A DNA stretch of 64,000 nucleotides from Mobula birostris. Lineage: Eukaryota. The DNA is taken from positions 106,939,835 to 107,003,834 of the forward strand of contig NC_092381.1 in the NCBI RefSeq assembly GCF_030028105.1. Reading direction: 5' to 3'. Shown here piece after piece: positions 1 to 10,493 of this stretch (positions are counted from its first letter, which is position 1; the number at the start of each line of letters is the position of its first letter). The notes beneath the pieces were generated by a model. It made no database searches and was not told the DNA's origin. It saw only the letters and a program-made list of their open reading frames with translations. A program made the translations under genes and the position numbers.

Positions 1-490
1 AGGGAAGGAGATAGAGACATGTTTGGTGGCAGGATCCCTTAGGAGATGGCTGATGATCTGGAGGCTGATGTGTTGGATGCAGAGGCTCATTGGGTGGTAG
101 GAAGATGAACAAGAGAAACTCTCTCCTTGTTATGGTGTCAGGAGAATGAGGTGAGTGCGGATGTCCAGAAAATGGAAGAGATGCGGATGAGGGCAGAATC
201 AATGGCGAAGGAATGGAAACTCTGTTCTTTGAAGGAGGAGGACATCTCTGATGTCCTGGAAAGGAAATCCTCAACATGGGAACAGGTGCAGCAGAGGCAA
301 AGGGATTGAGCATTCTTACAGGAGACAGGGTGGGAAGAAGTGTAATCAAGATAACCATAGCAATCAGGTTTATAAAAGATGTCGGTGGACAGTTCGTCTC
401 CAGAGATTGGAGACGATGAAAGGGGAGAGGGTGGTCAGAAATGGACCAAGTGAATTTAAGGACAGGGTGGGAAATTGGAGGCAAAGTTGA
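1..490 (-). mobile_element. Penelope-like element (PLE) RT C-terminal remnant
   Basis: Minus strand translates to decayed ...YHPMSLCIQHI...RDPATKH, resembling the region at 9025-9237 (RVPLVFAYHP...HVILR) that is contiguous with GIY-YIG-like sequence and the pLTR. Confidence 0.6.
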
Positions 491-559
491 CGAAGACAAC
501 GAGCACGGCTGGGCCGATGAAGCAGCACCAATGCGGCACAGGAAGAGCTGGGGAGCATT

Positions 560-1160
560 GCCGGGGAACGTAGCTTGTTGAGCCTCTTTCCGTACTTCCG
601 AACGCCAGAATCAATCATCCCCATTCCTCACCTGAGGTCCCCGTCCACAAGCTCCCTCAAACCCATTCCGCACCGAATTCCCACACCCCAACCCCAGTCT
701 CCGCTGCTCCACTGCCGGCACCGACACTTCATGATCGACCGTCCTCACCAGCCTGTCGGAGCAAACTGAAGCCCCGACCCCAACCTCCCCCCACATCCCG
801 CGACTACCGGCCCACGATAAAATTCCCCTCCGTTATCACCCGGGGAGACCAACCGCTAATCGACCCCGAGGCTCTTTCCGACTGAAGTCGGGCTCGAAGC
901 AGGACTAGGCCGCGTTGCGATGGCGACGGAGAGGAGGTGGACGGCGGCGGCGGGCGGACAAGAGGCGGGGCGGCCGGGCGCGTTTTCGAAACGCGATCCC
1001 GCTGAGCGCGGGCGGGGCGCAGGGATCTGAATCTTCAGTCTCGGCGGGCCTCCCGCTCCCCCCGCCCGGCCCTGTGGTCAGAGTGGCGACCACTGACCGG
1101 CGGCCGCAGCGCAGGCTCCCGGACCGCGATGTAGGTAGGACAGCCCACCCCCGCAATCTG
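560..1160. promoter_or_regulatory. CpG-island promoter of the ZBED-like gene, possibly bidirectional
   Basis: Very high CpG density and several GC boxes (GGGGCGG near 967, GGGCGGGGC near 1010), followed by a donor-like site at 1131/1135 and an abrupt change to purine-rich intronic sequence. Confidence 0.7.
1000..1134 (+). other. Putative non-coding exon 1 of the ZBED-like gene (5' end uncertain)
   Basis: Ends at GAT|GTAGGT (1131) or TAG|GTAGGA (1135) at the CpG-island edge; next strong acceptor is ctctttcag ending at 3537. Confidence 0.45.
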
Positions 1161-1169
1161 GGGAATGGG

Positions 1170-2740
1170 TTAGTGATGGAGGGAATGAATGAGTGACTGT
1201 GGGAGGGAGGGAGGAGATGAGTGAGTGAGTGAATGCATAACTGGGAGGGAGGGGATGACTGACAGAAAGTGACTGTAGGAGGGAGGGAGGGAATGAGTGA
1301 CGGAGGAAAGGAAGGAATGAGTGAGGGAGGGAAGGAGGGATTGAGTGACAGCGGGGGGTGACTGATGCAAAGTGACTGTGGGAGGGAGGAAGGGACAGAG
1401 GGAATGTCTGAGTGATGGAGGGAGGGAAGGGATGAGTGAAGGAGGGTGAGAATGAGTGATGGAGTGGATGGGTAATGGAGGGTGGGGGTGAGTAAAGGAG
1501 GGAGGGAATGAGTAACAGGTAGGAAAGTGGGAGGATTGAGGGAAAGAGGGGAGGGAGGATGGAGAGAATGAACAAGGAGGGCCATGAAAGGATAGAGAAC
1601 AAGGGTGGAGCGAGTCGCAAATGTGGATAAAGGGTATGAATGACTGAGGGATGGAGAGAATGAGGAAGGGAGGGGAGGAATGAGCGACAGGGTGGGAGTG
1701 GGCAATGGATGGAGTAAATGACTAAAGGTCGGAAGGAGGGAGGGTTGAGGGAAAGAGGGGAGGAAGGATGGAGGGAATGAATGAGGAGGATCATGAGAGG
1801 TTAGAGAATAAGGGTGGAGGGAGTTGGAAAATGAGAAATGTGGATAAAGGGAATAAAGAATGAAAGGGGGAAGATTGGGAGGGAATGGGTAGGACAGGGA
1901 AAGGGATGGAGGAAGGGAATGAGAGAGGAAGTGGAAGGGAATAAGTTTGAGGATTTGAGAAATGGGGTAATTGGAGTGGAGGAGGAATGGAAGCCATGAG
2001 GGTGAGGATTGTTGTGACCATGAATGAAGTTACTGGAGAGATGTAGCTGGTAGATATAAAAACCTTTATTCATAACACACACACAAGCTGACAGCCTTTG
2101 GAGGCACTCGAGAGACTCCCAGACCCAACAACACAGCACATTTTTATATGTTAAAGGACAAAGGTAACAGGTAAATTTCTATAGCTACACTGTACAGTAT
2201 TCATAAGTTACATGTAACTTTTCAAATATGTACCTAGATCTTCACACCAACACACCCAAAATGAAAGTTAATTATTGTTGTCTCTGAGCTGCATTCATGC
2301 AAATATGGACATGTCAGGTCATTAGGGTGTTTCCCGAGCTGCATTTTAAATTCAATCTACAATCCACATTCAGATCTGATACTGGTTGCTGTGAAAATTA
2401 ATATTTGCTATATCCTATATCTCCAGAATGCACCCTAACTTGGGGGGGGGGCGTGGAATGAAAAGTGTGGATGAGGGGAATGAGAAAGATGGATAAAAAT
2501 GAGGGAATGGGACAGTGAAAGAGAGGTAACAAGAACAGAGAGATGGAGTGGTGGGAGGTAAAGGGGGATGGAATGAGGGGTGTACAATGAAGTAGGCAGC
2601 TGAGGGGAATAGGGAGAAATGGAGGGAATAAGGTAGGGTTAGTGGAGGAGGGATGAGGGTAGTGGGAAGACGATGAGGAAGGAAGATGAGAGATTGAGAG
2701 GTCCAGGGAATGATCAAGTAGGATGGATAAAAAGACTGAG
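1170..2740. repeat. Purine-rich (GGA/GGGA) low-complexity intronic tract
   Basis: Degenerate ggagggaatgagtga-type units; the Pro/Ser/Leu-rich minus-strand ORFs here are compositional artefacts. Confidence 0.8.
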
Positions 2741-2809
2741 CTAAGACAGATCAGAAGAAAGGTTCAGATTCATTTATTTATCACACATGCATTGGAACAT
2801 AGAGTGATA

Positions 2810-3230
2810 TAATGAGGCCACCCTCAGGGTGAAGGGGAAACACCTTGTATTCCATGTGGGTAGCCTCCAACCTGATGGCATGAACATCGATTTCCCCTTC
2901 CGCTGAACAAATTCTCCCCCCTCTCCTATTCCCCACTCTGACCTTTTATCTCTTCTCACCTGCCTTTTACTTCCCCCTGGGTCCCTTCCTCCTTCCCTTT
3001 CTCCTATGGTCCAATCTCTTCCATCAGATTCTTCCTCTTCCAGCCCTTTGCCTATCATGGCTTCATCTTCTCCTTCCCTGCAGCTTTTTATTCTGGCATC
3101 TTCCCCCTTCCTTGCCAGCCCCGCTGAAGGGTCTCGGCCTGTTTACTGTTTTCCACAGATGCTGCCTGACCTGTTGAGTCCCTCCAGCATTTTGTGGGTG
3201 TTGCTGTGAAGTGCGTCGTTTGTGTTCACA
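2810..3230 (+). mobile_element. PLE 3' end / pseudo-LTR
   Basis: Same family as 44445-44950 and 59394-59713 (ggtagcctccaacctgatggcatgaacatcgattt...gatgctgcctgacctg). Confidence 0.65.
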
Positions 3231-3569
3231 GCCAACACAGGCAAGAACAGGCTGGGGGCAGCCCACAAGTGTCGCCACACGTTCCAGCTCCAACACAGCA
3301 TGCCACGATGCTCGGCAGAACACAACAAGCACAAAGAAAACCCTGTTCCTCCATCCCACCCATGTGCGCTTACACAGGCCTCTAGCTCCAAGATGGCCTC
3401 CAGAAAGAGGGAGGTGGATGGAGGGAATGTGGCAGAAGAGAATGGAGGGAAGTGGGAATGCTGAGGCGAGGTGCTGGCTGGAGGTCTGTGCTGTGGTCGG
3501 GCATTCGCAGGAGTGTGATGTCATCACCCTCTTTCAGTGACATGACCGCGGAGTCGCAGGTGGAGAGCC

Positions 3570-3830
3570 ATGCCCCGCGTCGGCGAGGTCTGGAAGTACG
3601 TGACGCGGAGGGACGACAAAGCCATCATCTGCAACGTGTGTGGCGCCCAGCTGGTGTGTTCCGGCAGCAGCACGGTGCTGCGGTTACACCTGCAACGGAA
3701 TCATCACATCCACTTCACAGAGGAGGGCGATCGTGGTGAGCTGCCCGCCGCCCACAGCACGGCAGAGAAGACTGTCGGTGTGAAGGAGAGGTGTCCGAAG
3801 ATCACTGAACTTATTGGCATTGATAGCTCT
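3570..3830 (+). CDS. ZBED-like gene, coding exon 1 (first BED zinc finger); exon begins 3538
   Basis: Acceptor ctctttcag|3538; gccATG at 3570; VWKY...CNVC...HLQRNH BED motif; phase-0 donor CT|GTGAGT at 3831 (alternative phase-1 donor G|GTGAGC at 3736). Confidence 0.75.
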
Positions 3831-4440
3831 GTGAGTCTTTATTCCAAGTATAAATGTGAACTGTGCATCATACATGTACTGTGAGTCTTTATTCCAGATA
3901 TAAACACGTGTACTGTGGATCATACGTGTACTGTGAGTCTTTATTCCCAGTATAAACATGTGTACTGTGGATCATACGTGTACTGTGAGTCTTTATTCCC
4001 AGTATAAACATGTGTACAGTGGATCATACGTGTACTGTGAGTCTTTATTCCCAGTATAAACATGTGTACAGTGGATCATACATGTACTGTGAGTCATTAT
4101 TCCCAGTATAAACGTGTACAGTGGATCATACGTGTACTGTGAGTCTTTATTCCCAGTATAAACATGTGTACAGTGGATCATACGTGTACTGTGAGTCTTT
4201 ATTCCCAGTATAAACATGTGTACAGTGGATCATACGTGTACTGTGTCTTTATTCCCAGTATAAACATGTGTACAGTGGATCATACATGTACTGTGAGTCT
4301 TTATTCCCAGTATAAACATGTGTACAGTGGATCATACGTGTACTGTGAGTCTTTATTCCCAGTATAAACATGTGTACAGTGGATCATACGTGTACTGTGA
4401 GTCTTTACCCCAAATATAAACATGTGAACTGCGGATCATA
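3829..4440 (+). repeat. Minisatellite, ~12 copies of a 50-52 bp unit
   Basis: Unit ctgtgagtctttattcccagtataaacatgtgtacagtggatcatacgtgta, starting at 3829, 3879, 3931, 3983, 4035, 4087, 4137, 4189, 4241, 4291, 4343 and 4395. Confidence 0.95.
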
Positions 4441-5304
4441 AGATATAGGAGAGGAATTAGGCCTTTTGGCCCATCAAGTCTGCTTTGCCATTCCATAATG
4501 GCTGATCCTTTTTCCCTCTCAGCCCCTGTCTCCTGCCTTCTCCCTGAGTCCCTTCATGCCCTGATCAATCAAGAATCTATCATCCTCTGCCTTAAATATA
4601 CATAAAGACTTTGCCTCCACAGCCACCTGCAGCAATGAATTCCACAGATTCACCACTCCCTGGCTAAAGAACTGGATGTATGTAACTGGTTTGGGCACCT
4701 CATGGGCTGATATCAGAAAAGGAGGGGGTACTTAGTTTCCTATGATGGGGGTCCTTAATGATCAGAGTGCTGCCACAAGAAAGTAGTATCCATCATCAGG
4801 GACCCCCACCACCCAGGACATGCTCTCTTCTCACAGCTGCCCTCAGGAAAAAGGTACAGGAGCCTCAGGTCCCACACCACCAGGTTCAGGAACAGTTATT
4901 ACCCCACAACCATCAGGCTCCTGAACCAGTGTGGATAACTTCACTCACCACAACACTGAACTGATTCTACAACGTAGAGACTCATTTTACGAGGATTCCA
5001 CAACTCACGTTCTCAGTATTATTTACTTATTTCTTATTTGCCTTCTTTTACACACTGGTTGTTTGTCTGTCTTTGTTTACGCATCATCATCATCTTTATG
5101 GGCCATGCCACGTGACATCATCATTACAAGCTGTGTCGTATGATCGTGGTCGTGATGCTTCTTGGCAAATTTTTCCACAGAAGTGGTTTTCCATTGCCTT
5201 CATCTGGGTAGTGTCTTTACAAGACAGGTGACCTGCATGCTAGTGGAAGGAAGGAGCGCCTTACACCTCCTTTAGTAGGGACGTATCTCCACCCTGTCCA
5301 TCAC

Positions 5305-5990
5305 CCAATACCTGGAGTATTGCATCCAGTTCTGGTCACCCCAGTACAGGAAAAGTGTGGAGGCCTCAGAGAGGGTTCAGATGAGGTTTACCAGGATGCT
5401 GCCTGGATTAGGAGGTATGAGGTTGGACAAATTTGTGGGTCTTCTCTGGAGAGCCAGGGTTGAGAGGAGACCTGATAGAAGTTCATAAGATTATTAGAGA
5501 CGTTGATATATCGAGTAGACAGTATTTTTTTCTCAGGATTCTGTAACAGGGTAGATGCTTGCAGGCTTTCCCCCTTACACTGTGTGAGACTAGAACCAGA
5601 GGTCATAGGTTCAGGGTGAAAGGTGAAATACATAAGGGGAACATGAGGGGAATGTCTTCACTCAGAGGGTGGTGTGAGTGTGGAATGAGCTGCCAGCGGA
5701 CGTGGTGGGATACGGGTTTGATTGCAACATTTAAGAGAAGTTTAGTCAGGGTCATGGATAGGAGGGGTATGGGAGGCTATGGTGCAGAGCGGGTAGATAG
5801 AAAACCAGTGCGGCACGATCTAGATGGGCCAAAGGGCCTGTTTCTGCACTGTAGTCCCCTATGACCATGCATTTAAGGTGAGAGAGGGAGATGCACAAAA
5901 TTTTTTTTACACAGTGGTACTGTAGGTACCAGGCGTGGTGGTGGAGGTAGGTACAATAGAAACTTTTAAAATGTTCTTAGAAACACCCAA
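5305..5990 (+). mobile_element. Nested decayed CR1 LINE 3' fragments
   Basis: LEYCIQFWSP...LRGDLIE...TRTRGHRF motifs matching the C-terminus of ORF2 at 23713-26730. Confidence 0.7.
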
Positions 5991-6009
5991 ATATGTAGCG
6001 AAGACAGAT

Positions 6010-6525
6010 TTATCACAAATTTCTACAGATGCACTGTGAATAGCATTCTAACTGGCTGCGTCATGACTGGTATTGGGGGAGGGGGCTACTGCACAGGATC
6101 AAAATGAGTTGTAAACTCAGTCAGCTCCATCATGGGCACGGGCCTCTGTAACATCCAGGACATCTTCAAGGAGCGATGCCTCAAAAAGGCGGCCACCATC
6201 ATTAAGGACCCCCATCACCCAGTTCATGCTCTCTTCTCACTTACCACCAAGATGGAGGTACAGACGCCTGAAGGCACACACTCAACGATTCAGGAACAGC
6301 TTCTTCCCCTCTGCCATCAGATTTCTGAATGGACAATGAGCCCATGAACACCACCTCACTACCTTTTTATTTCTATTTTTACGCCACTTATTTATCTATT
6401 TTATATATCTATATACTTACTGAAATTCACAGTTTTTTCTATATGATCATGTATTGCATTGAACTGCTGCGGCAAAGTTAACAAATTTCACGACATGCTG
6501 GTGATAGTAAACCAGATTCTGATAT
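6010..6525 (+). mobile_element. Rex1/Babar-like LINE 3' fragment
   Basis: FYRCTV..ILTGC...IIKDPHHP.HALFS C-terminal motifs and the characteristic ...aaacc.gattctga tail. Confidence 0.65.
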
Positions 6526-6784
6526 GGATCATGTGCAGACAGAAGGGATTCATTTAGTTAGGTATCATGAACTATATTACTGTCACTGCAGTGCACTGTA
6601 AACACTTCAAATCTCCCTTATAATGTTGTTTACATTTATGTATTTGTGTACATTTTATTCCATGCTTTAACGTGTTTATTTTTTTAATTTAAATCCTTTT
6701 TCTTATAACTGTTGAATTTTGTTCTTGGTTGCATGTCGCACCCTAACCAACACATCACAGCAAATTCCTAATGTAAAGAGACAT

Positions 6785-7115
6785 GATGAATTCCCCAAGA
6801 GGACCATAACCTAGCCGTAGTTTGGAGGCTGGTATGCCTCGATGCCCCAGAGAACTATGTTGTCTGGAGTCAGGGCTTTATGTTTTGGCTCTTGGTAGGG
6901 TCACCCACGCCAAACAAGTCAAAGGGTAGAGGCCAGACTAAGAGTGGTTCACCAGTCCTCCAGGTTCTGGTGTTCAGCTCCGGGCCAACAACCCTGACTG
7001 GTCAAATAAAATTGTTACAGAAACAGCAATGAAGAAACCTTCTATACAGACAGACATGGAGGGCCTTCACTACGGCCCTAAACGCCACTGACGTAACAGG
7101 CGGTTAGTAGGGATT
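6785..7115 (+). mobile_element. RTE-related short non-autonomous element (5' UTR-like plus 3' end-like parts)
   Basis: Resembles RTE-clade 5' UTR (ggccagactaagagtgg) fused to an RTE-like tail (ggccctaaacgccac...gttagtag); recognised from memory, not searched. Confidence 0.4.
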
Positions 7116-7271
7116 GGATGAATAAAGTTGATCCTTAGTTAGTTTGGCACAACTTGAAAGTGTTTTTTTTTTCAAAGCATGAGACATGGGAGCAGAATTG
7201 GGTCATTCAATTCAGTGAGTCTGCTCCATCATTCCATCATGTCTGATTAATTATCGCTCTCAACCACATTA

Positions 7272-7445
7272 GGGTGGCGGGGTGGAGATACATCTCTACC
7301 AAGGGAGATGTAAGGTGCTCCTTCCCTCAACTAACCTGCAGGTCACCCTTGGGCAAGGTGTAGCACCTGCTTAGCCTCCCCAATCAGGGTCCCGTGAAGC
7401 CATGGGAGCAGGTGGTGGATGGTCTTATGAGCAGCCAGTACACAC
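7272..7445 (+). mobile_element. Structured-5'-end SINE-like repeat (other copies 5085-5305 and 16030-16339 on -)
   Basis: Three copies share gggtg(g/a)cggggtggagata...ctgcaggtcacc; the longer copies have an aaggcaatgg.aaaccacttc 3' part reminiscent of RTE-related SINEs. Confidence 0.65.
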
Positions 7446-7971
7446 CTATTCTATTTCAGCAAAATCTTATTGATACATTTACATTAACTTCTAAACAATA
7501 TAACATCTACTTACAAGCAATGCTTCTGCTGGGGAGACAGCAGGGTGGCTTCAGATAGAAACTTCTTTTGCGCCTAACATAAACCTCTGGCTTTCTGCCA
7601 GCTAATGTACTTTCCTCTCTGCACAGAAAGTGACCTAATACAGATCAGAAACTGCTCATTAATATAAAAGCTGAATGTATTCAATCACATAGAAAAACAT
7701 AAGTGAATTTCCCGAAGGGCAGAACACCTGTAAAACCCTCAACCCAGTTGGGGAAAGACTGTGGTGTTATTTTACTCCAAGTTCTAATTTACGCCAATTC
7801 TAATGATGCATGGAGCTCAGCTGATGGTCAATTTGACGCCCTCCAGTCTGTGTAGGCAACTTAATCCCAACTCTCACCTCCGCTATGCACAGACACAATG
7901 CTGCTCCTTACCCTGTCCCAGGGCCGGGCCTGCAAGGGAAGGACTGATCTTCTTTCATTCATTCTCCCCAG

Positions 7972-8107
7972 GCATCCCACACCTCGCAGAGCAGTAAGAG
8001 GATTTCCAACATGTTGCGGGAGTGTGCAGCCCAGCTCGAGGAAGGTGAGGAACTGGAACGGCACTCCGCCCTGGGAGATGGTGACACCTACCCTCCAGTA
8101 ACCGAAG
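7972..8107 (+). CDS. ZBED-like gene, putative internal linker exon (ends 8044 or 8107)
   Basis: Polypyrimidine acceptor tctttcattcattctccccag|7972; open frame ASHTSQSSKRISNMLRECAAQLEE(GEELERHSALGDGDTYPPVTE). Phase 0 in and phase 1 out at both AAG|GTGAGG (8044) and AAG|GTACAG (8107), exactly bridging the flanking exons. Confidence 0.55.
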
Positions 8108-8225
8108 GTACAGCGTGGCTCACTGTATCCTGTTACGTTAACCCTAGGCAGCACTCAGGGCCCCTCAGAACACTGCAAGGAGGCTAAGGTATTCTGCAGC
8201 AGGTCAGGTTCAATCTGGAGAGAGA

Positions 8226-9200
8226 AGCAACACACACAAAGTACTGGAGGAACTCAGCAGGTCAGGCAGCATCTGTGGAAAGGAATAAACAGGCAACGTT
8301 TTGGGCCCAGACCCTTCTTCAGGACTGAGGAGGAAAGAGGAAGGTGACAGAAATAAGAAGGTAGGAGGAGGGAAAGGAGGCTAGCCAGAAGGTGATAGAT
8401 GAAGCCAGGTGGGTGGGAAAGGTAAAGGGCTGGAGAGGAGGGAATCTGATGGAAGAGGAAAGTGGACCATTGGAGAAAGGGACGGAGGAGGGGACCCACG
8501 GGGAGGTGATAGGCAGGTGAGGAGAGCTGAAAGGCCAGAGTGGGGAACAGAAGAAGAGGAGAGGGAGAGAAATCTATATACATGTCATCGGTTTGGAGGC
8601 CACCCATAAGGTGTTGCTCCTTCACCCTGAGGGGGGCCTCATCGCGGAACAAGAGAGATCACAGACCGACATGTTGGAATGGGAATGAGATTAGGAATTA
8701 AAATGTTTGGCCACCGGGAAGTTACGCTTTTGGTGGATATAGCGGAGGTGCTCAGCAAAGTGGTCTCCCCAATTTCCGAAGAGTTTCACCAGTGTAGAGG
8801 AGGCCACATCAGGAGCACCAGACAGAATAGATGACCCCAACAGATTCGCAGGTGAAGTGTTGCCTCATCTGGAAGGGCTGTTTGGAGGCCTGAATGGGGG
8901 TGAGGGAGGTGAGGCACTTAGCCAGTTGCAGGGATAATTGCCAGGGGGAGATTAGTGGGGAGGGACAGATGAACAAGGGAATTGTGGAGGGAGCAATCCT
9001 GCAGAAAGCAGAGAGGGGCAGAGGTCAAGATGTGTTTAGTGGTCGGATCCCTTTGGAGATGCGGAGGATGACGTGTTGGTTGTGGTATCTCATGGGGTGG
9101 TAGGCAAAGACAAGAGGAACTCTATCTCTGTTACAGTAGCAGGAAGGTGGGGTGAGCCCGCATGTCTGAGAAATGAAGGAGTTGCTAGTGAGGGCAGCAT
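8226..9200 (-). mobile_element. PLE: RT end, GIY-YIG remnant and pLTR with hammerhead motif
   Basis: Minus strand RDRVPLVFAYHP, QHFTCES.GVIY; pLTR with cagtcCTGAAGA...aaacgtt near 8290-8327. Confidence 0.75.
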
Positions 9201-9294
9201 CAGTTGTAGGAAACAGGGAGTGAAATGGAGTTAACATGTCAACTCAAAGGACCTGAATCAGAAAAGGATCTTATGAAGGGAGGATGTTGAGGAG

Positions 9295-9770
9295 ACATCC
9301 AAAAATGAAAGGGTTAATGGAGGAGGAGTGTTTAATGGCTGTGTTCCTGTATGCACTGGAGTTCAGAAGAGTGGCGGGGGGGGGGCGATCTCTTTGAAAC
9401 CTATTGAACGTTGAAAGGCCTCAATGGAGTGCATGTGGAGAGGATGTTTCGTATGGCAGGGGAGTTGAGGACCAGAGGGCACAGCCTCAGAACAGAAGAA
9501 CATCCATTTAGAACAGAAATGAGAAGGAATTTCCTTAGCCAGAGAGTGGTGAACCTGTGTTATTCATTGCCACAGGCAGCTGTGGAGGCCATAACATTGG
9601 GTATATTTAAGCAGAGTTTGACAAGTTCTTGATTTGTAAAGGTGTCAGAGGTTACGGGGAGAAGGCAGCAGATTGGGGTTGAGAGGAAAATGGATCAGCT
9701 GTGATGAAATGGCAGAGCAGAATCTATGGGCCAAATGGCCTAATTCTGCTGCTGTATCTCATGGTCTCTG
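9295..9770 (+). mobile_element. CR1 LINE 3' fragment
   Basis: RTRGHSLR...FRTEMRRNF..QRVVNL motifs and CR1 3' UTR/tail. Confidence 0.75.
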
Positions 9771-10493
9771 ACAGAGGATTTGCTGCAGACAAGGTTATTG
9801 AGACAGTGAGTGAATGGGAGCCGTTAAAGAGCGAGATCGTGGCAAGTCAGGCTGGGGACAAGCTCCACTCCCACGAGATAATCTGAGCTGAGCCAATATC
9901 ACAGGTGGGAGGCTGATACACAGCAAGAGTGCGAGGTTGGCTGCTGATCACTACCATGGGTGCTGCCCTCCAGTGTTCGCTCGGCAGACAAGCTGGAACG
10001 CATTTGTATGCGGCTGGCACTTGTGCGAGATGAGGAACTGCTGCAGGCTTGTTCTTGCAGAAAATTGGCTCCAGGCTATCATCATGACACTCAGGGACTT
10101 GGGCGAGACTTTTGTGTTATAACTATGTTTATCTGCGACAGTAACTGTATGTGCTTTATGTTGGTTCTCTGTTTTGCCTTGGCCCTATAGTAACGTATTT
10201 CATTTAGCTATGATCATGTGTATGATTAAATGATAACTAAACTTGAATCTGAACTTGAAATCTCTCTTCCACTCTCTCTCCCCCCACTTTCCCCCTCACT
10301 CTCTCCCCTTCTCTCTCCCCCACTCATCCCTCTCTCTCTCTCCTTCTCTCTCCCTTTCTCCCTCCCCCACTCTCTCCCCTTCTCTCACCCCCTCACTCTC
10401 CCTCGTTTCCCCTCACTCCCTTGACCCTCCCTCCCTCACCTCCACCTGCACCCTCTAACCTACCTACCTCCTGCCCCTCCCCGTCCCCGGCAG

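Noticed and set aside
905-2717. Long Pro/Ser/Leu-rich minus-strand ORFs
   Set aside because: Artefacts of purine-rich low-complexity sequence.
3829-4440. CRISPR-like array
   Set aside because: Units are contiguous with no unique spacers, there are no cas genes, and the context is eukaryotic; it is a minisatellite.
9770-9890. Possible extra ZBED exon (GFAADKVIETVSEWEPLKSE...)
   Set aside because: Weak acceptor derived from a CR1 tail, and the frame ends in a stop; not needed for the phase-consistent model.
10421-10493. N-terminal Pro-rich extension of the 651-aa ORF
   Set aside because: It starts at TTG within the intronic pyrimidine tract; the branch point and AG at 10493 mark the real exon start.
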